Source of the DNA: a virus
Taxonomy: Duplodnaviria; Caudoviricetes
Strand: one strand, 5' to 3'
Virus record (IMG/VR): IMGVR_UViG_3300020336_000012
Location: 1-48,792 of that record
DNA: 48,792 nucleotides
Below, piece by piece: positions 45,894-48,792 of this stretch. A model generated the notes under the pieces. The model saw only the letters and a list, made by a program, of their open reading frames with translations, had not been told where the DNA came from and searched no databases. Both the position numbers and the translations under genes were made by a program. Within the stretch, counting starts at the first letter, position 1. Every line of letters begins with the position of its first letter.

Positions 45894-45907
45894 AACTCAA
45901 TATCCTT

Positions 45908-46333
45908 TTAACTATAATCGTAACTATCTACAACAGGTCCACCAGATTTCAGACGAACTGTACCGCCTTTAGCTTTTCCGATAGGATACATTTTTTTCTC
46001 CCTATCTTTTGGAAGAGGTTTTAGGTCTTCATATCCTCTTTCAGTCAGAACTTTTTTTCCTTTTTTTGTATCTGACGTACCAAACTTTTTGTTTAACTTC
46101 TGCATGTTTGTTATTGTTTCTGGTCTTGTTCGAGCAGACCTTCTATTTATTATGTTTTTAGCTCTTGCTTTCATTACTGGTTTAGCATCTGGGTTCTTTT
46201 TATCAAAAGCTGTCTGCATATTTTTTCTGCGTTCTTCTCGCATCTCTGCTTTCGGTCCTTGATCTTTTTTAACTTTAGCAGCTTCTCTTGCCTTCTTGTC
46301 TTTATCTAGTGCTTTTTGAACTCCATTACTCAT
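45908..46333 (-). CDS. Lys/Arg-rich protein with C-terminal tandem GG motif
   Basis: very basic; ends KAKGGTVRLKSGGPVVDSYDYS. Confidence 0.6.
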   Translation of the reverse strand: MSNGVQKALDKDKKAREAAKVKKDQGPKAEMREERRKNMQTAFDKKNPDAKPVMKARAKNIINRRSARTRPETITNMQKLNKKFGTSDTKKGKKVLTERGYEDLKPLPKDREKKMYPIGKAKGGTVRLKSGGPVVDSYDYS

Positions 46334-46336
46334 AAC

Positions 46337-46696
46337 TCAATGTACCCCTAATTTTGTATAAGAAGGATCTTCAGACCCTTCAAGGTTTCGTTTAAACTGT
46401 ATAGAACCTAACTCGTTATATACCTTAAATAAACTATTAGCTGCTTCTACAAGCGAGTCCCGTAGAGAATCTAACTCCTTGTCGGGGTTTTTAAAAGCAG
46501 GGTGAGAACAAACATGACTATGCCAGTTCTCGATAGTAAACTCAACTCTATCCATAGCCTGATGGTATCCCATCGTACCGGGAGCATAGTTTAATTCATT
46601 ATAGGGTATTATTCCAGCGAATGACAAACGTTTGGTGTGTTTATTCTTATCTTCGTCACTGGTATCTATAAACTCATAGAACTCTTCACTGTCCAT
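46337..46696 (-). CDS. hypothetical protein
   Basis: GGAGGT-like (GAAGGTGG) RBS; operon packing. Confidence 0.55.
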   Translation of the reverse strand: MDSEEFYEFIDTSDEDKNKHTKRLSFAGIIPYNELNYAPGTMGYHQAMDRVEFTIENWHSHVCSHPAFKNPDKELDSLRDSLVEAANSLFKVYNELGSIQFKRNLEGSEDPSYTKLGVH

Positions 46697-46698
46697 GT

Positions 46699-47400
46699 TT
46701 ATCTGCCACCTTCTATAACTTTAAAGCCAGCTATGTCAGCAAGCCTCTCAATGTCCTTTTTGACCTCTTCACTGGAATCAGTGTCACCTAGTCCACCCAT
46801 CTTAATCTTCTGTTCAGATCTGTCAACAAACATACCAAGATGTTTCGCCACGTTCTCAACGGAACGGTTCGCGTTTGTGTAATCTCCGTTCTGTAACGCA
46901 TGTTGGTAAACTTCGTCCAGCCTTTGAAGCACATGGTCAGCACTCCACGCCATTCTATCTATAGCGACTTCACGCAGATCGTTTATGCGTTGTTCTATCT
47001 TAGGCTTTTTGAGGAGGGTTGAGGCCCGTCTACGGGTATCAGAGTGGCTCTTACCGGGCGCATATCCTGCTGCCTTGTATGCTATCAGACTATCACCCGT
47101 AGCAATATACTCCATACAGAACTTCTCCTGTTTAGGAGCCATCCCTGCTATGAAGTTACCGGGTTTAAAGTTTTCACCTTTTTCAGCACGTTCTAACATT
47201 TCATCCTTAGTATACTTCTTTCTTTCGTGTCGTGCAAGACGGACGTTATTCCTTCTTGTTACTTCACTTCTCATCTCTATAAGATCTCTTCCAGCATTAG
47301 GTTTTTTACGACCTTTTGAAGTAACACAAATAAGAGAACGAAGTTCTTCGTTTGTTAACTTTCCGTAGATGATATGGGGTTTATTACCTATCTGTTTCAT
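46699..47400 (-). CDS. terS: terminase small subunit
   Basis: PKQEKFC.EY..TG....AY..AGY, AS.LL..P.I..RI, VL..L, A.....E...K.LGMF.DR; N-terminal extension, start uncertain. Confidence 0.8.
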   Translation of the reverse strand: MKQIGNKPHIIYGKLTNEELRSLICVTSKGRKKPNAGRDLIEMRSEVTRRNNVRLARHERKKYTKDEMLERAEKGENFKPGNFIAGMAPKQEKFCMEYIATGDSLIAYKAAGYAPGKSHSDTRRRASTLLKKPKIEQRINDLREVAIDRMAWSADHVLQRLDEVYQHALQNGDYTNANRSVENVAKHLGMFVDRSEQKIKMGGLGDTDSSEEVKKDIERLADIAGFKVIEGGR

Positions 47401-47409
47401 ATTGTTACT

Positions 47410-47438
47410 ATAGTATCAGTTAGTAAACTTTAAAACAA
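47410..47438 (-). promoter_or_regulatory. possible extended -10 promoter for terS
   Basis: minus strand TTGTTT-17 nt-TACTAT preceded by TGA; ATG about 9 nt downstream with no SD. Confidence 0.35.
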
Positions 47439-47537
47439 AATAAACAAACAAGACGAACATACACACGTTTTTCTCTCTTGTTACAGATTGTATCAAGTTG
47501 TAACTAGTTTGGCAACCCCCTTTGTAACGCCTAGCCG

Positions 47538-47589
47538 AAAAAAAACAGGAGCAGTCTAAAAACCAAGTTGTTATAAAGACTGCTCCTGT
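47538..47589 (-). terminator. strong rho-independent terminator
   Basis: perfect 13-bp inverted repeat ACAGGAGCAGTCT(47545-47557)/AGACTGCTCCTGT(47577-47589), followed on the minus strand by a U tract. Confidence 0.75.
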
Positions 47590-47604
47590 AAAACAAAGGA
47601 GAGA
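47538..47604 (-). ncRNA. candidate ~65-nt sRNA or attenuated leader
   Basis: bounded by a consensus promoter and an intrinsic terminator; no ORF; 5' UCUCUCCUUU segment. Confidence 0.45.
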
Positions 47605-47609
47605 ATTAT

Positions 47610-47639
47610 ATTATACACACATCAAGATAAAGATGTCAA
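47610..47639 (-). promoter_or_regulatory. sigma70 consensus promoter (leftward)
   Basis: minus strand TTGACA(47639-47634)-18 nt-TATAAT(47615-47610). Confidence 0.7.
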
Positions 47640-47647
47640 GTTTTAGT

Positions 47648-47676
47648 TTGACACAAATATATTTTTTATTTATATT
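47648..47676 (+). promoter_or_regulatory. sigma70 promoter for gmd, probably leaderless
   Basis: TTGACA(47648-47653)-17 nt-TATATT(47671-47676), 6 nt before ATG 47683; no SD. Confidence 0.7.
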
Positions 47677-47682
47677 ATCAAC

Positions 47683-48702
47683 ATGCAAAAGACAGCTTTA
47701 GTTACAGGTGTTACAGGTCAGGATGGTTCGTATCTTACAGATCTACTGTTAAAGACACAGTACAAGGTATACGGATTAGTACGGAGAAGTAGTACACCAA
47801 ATAAAGAAAATATTAATAAATACATTGATCATCCTAATTTTCTTCCTTTTTATGGTGATTTAACGGATATTAATAGTATTTTAACTGTTATTAAAGATAC
47901 ACAACCTGATGAAATATATAACTTAGGAGCGCAGTCAGATGTTAGAATATCTTTTGATATACCTGTTTCAACAGGGGATACCAATGCTTTAGGAGTAATG
48001 CGTATATTAGAAGCGTTACAGTCTCTTAAAGTTAAATCCAAGTTCTATCAAGCCAGTACCAGCGAGTTATTTGGCAAGGTACAAGAAACACCACAGAAAG
48101 AAACGACCCCTTTCTACCCCCGTAGTCCATATGGAGTTGCTAAACTGTACGCATATTGGGCTGTTAAGAACTATAGAGAGTCCTATCCTGATTTTTTTGG
48201 CTGCAATGGGATATTGTTTAACCATGAGTCTCCGTTACGTGGAGAGAATTTCGTTACACGTAAGGTTACAAAAGCTGTGGGAAAGAGAATAATGTTTCCT
48301 AAAGAAAGACATACTCCTATTGAGCTTGGTAATTTAGATGCTAAGAGGGATTGGGGTCACGCTAAAGACTATGTTCGTGGTATGTGGCTAATGATGCAGC
48401 AAGATAAACCTGATGATTACATATTAGCTACAGGTGAGACACACTCAATAAGAGAGTTGGTCGAATGTGCCTTTGCTTCGATAAATGAAGAAGTTATCTG
48501 GGGTGGGTCTGGTCTAGATGAGAAAGGCTATAACGATAAGGGAGAGATACTTGTTACAATTAATCCTGACTTCTACCGCCCTGCCGAAGTAGATTTGTTA
48601 CTTGGTGATCCCAGTAAGGCAGAGAAGAAGCTGAACTGGAAGCGTGAGTATAGCTTTACTGATACTATTGAAGAGATGGTACAGCACGATACAGAAGTGT
48701 AA
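47683..48702 (+). CDS. gmd: GDP-mannose 4,6-dehydratase
   Basis: TGVTGQDGSYL, YNLGAQS.V..SF, YQASTSELFG, PRSPYGVAK (YxxxK), GILFNHESP.RG..FVTRK, LGNLDAKRDWGHAKDYV, RPAEV..LLGD. Confidence 0.95.
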   Translation: MQKTALVTGVTGQDGSYLTDLLLKTQYKVYGLVRRSSTPNKENINKYIDHPNFLPFYGDLTDINSILTVIKDTQPDEIYNLGAQSDVRISFDIPVSTGDTNALGVMRILEALQSLKVKSKFYQASTSELFGKVQETPQKETTPFYPRSPYGVAKLYAYWAVKNYRESYPDFFGCNGILFNHESPLRGENFVTRKVTKAVGKRIMFPKERHTPIELGNLDAKRDWGHAKDYVRGMWLMMQQDKPDDYILATGETHSIRELVECAFASINEEVIWGGSGLDEKGYNDKGEILVTINPDFYRPAEVDLLLGDPSKAEKKLNWKREYSFTDTIEEMVQHDTEV

Positions 48703-48792
48703 AATTCTTAAATTTTTGAAATTATTTAGATCTCCTATTTCTAATATAACAAGTACGGCCCTTTTTTCCTCCCCCCACCCCAAAAAAAACCC

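Noticed and set aside
6070-47368. Numerous + strand ORFs antisense to structural genes (e.g. 14420-14857, 18649-18954, 46985-47368)
   Set aside because: Shadows of the minus-strand codon pattern (Ser/Leu/Ile-rich), with no RBS or recognisable motifs
1-48792. Stop-codon reassignment, tRNA genes, integrase, tape measure or sheath genes
   Set aside because: Genes are intact in the standard code and end in TAA, TAG and TGA; no cloverleaf, integrase or long-tail gene recognised by eye

Overview
This AT-rich window is most of a lytic, short-tailed (podovirus-like) dsDNA phage genome. Gene families suggest an aquatic or marine origin, which is inference. There are two convergent arms. The + arm (1-5497) is the end of a replication and nucleotide-metabolism module: PD-(D/E)xK nucleases, a T7 gp2.5-like SSB, a Cas4-like exonuclease, T7 endonuclease I, DUF3310 and a B12-dependent class II ribonucleotide reductase. 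The - arm (47400 to 5614) is the morphogenesis operon: terS, terL, portal, GroES, scaffold, major capsid protein, adaptors, fibres, nozzle, ejection proteins, two glycosyltransferase genes and a holin. A divergent gmd gene sits at the right end. Most striking observations: (1) the portal is fused in frame, through a long linker, to a C-terminal GH24 lysozyme; (2) a tandem 'AxGG-x4-AxGG' peptide with about 8-residue period is shared by the portal-lysozyme junction, two internal virion proteins and a small basic protein, possibly a processing or encapsidation tag; (3) a dispersed glycosylation system (gmd, a GT, and a GT-methyltransferase-Maf-like fusion) whose two loci both start at apparently leaderless sigma70 promoters, alongside Ser-motif-rich virion proteins; (4) a candidate ~65-nt anti-Shine-Dalgarno sRNA and a structured RNA at the arm junction; (5) a cupredoxin-like domain inserted into the receptor-binding fibre. 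All family calls come from motif recognition by eye; no searches were run.
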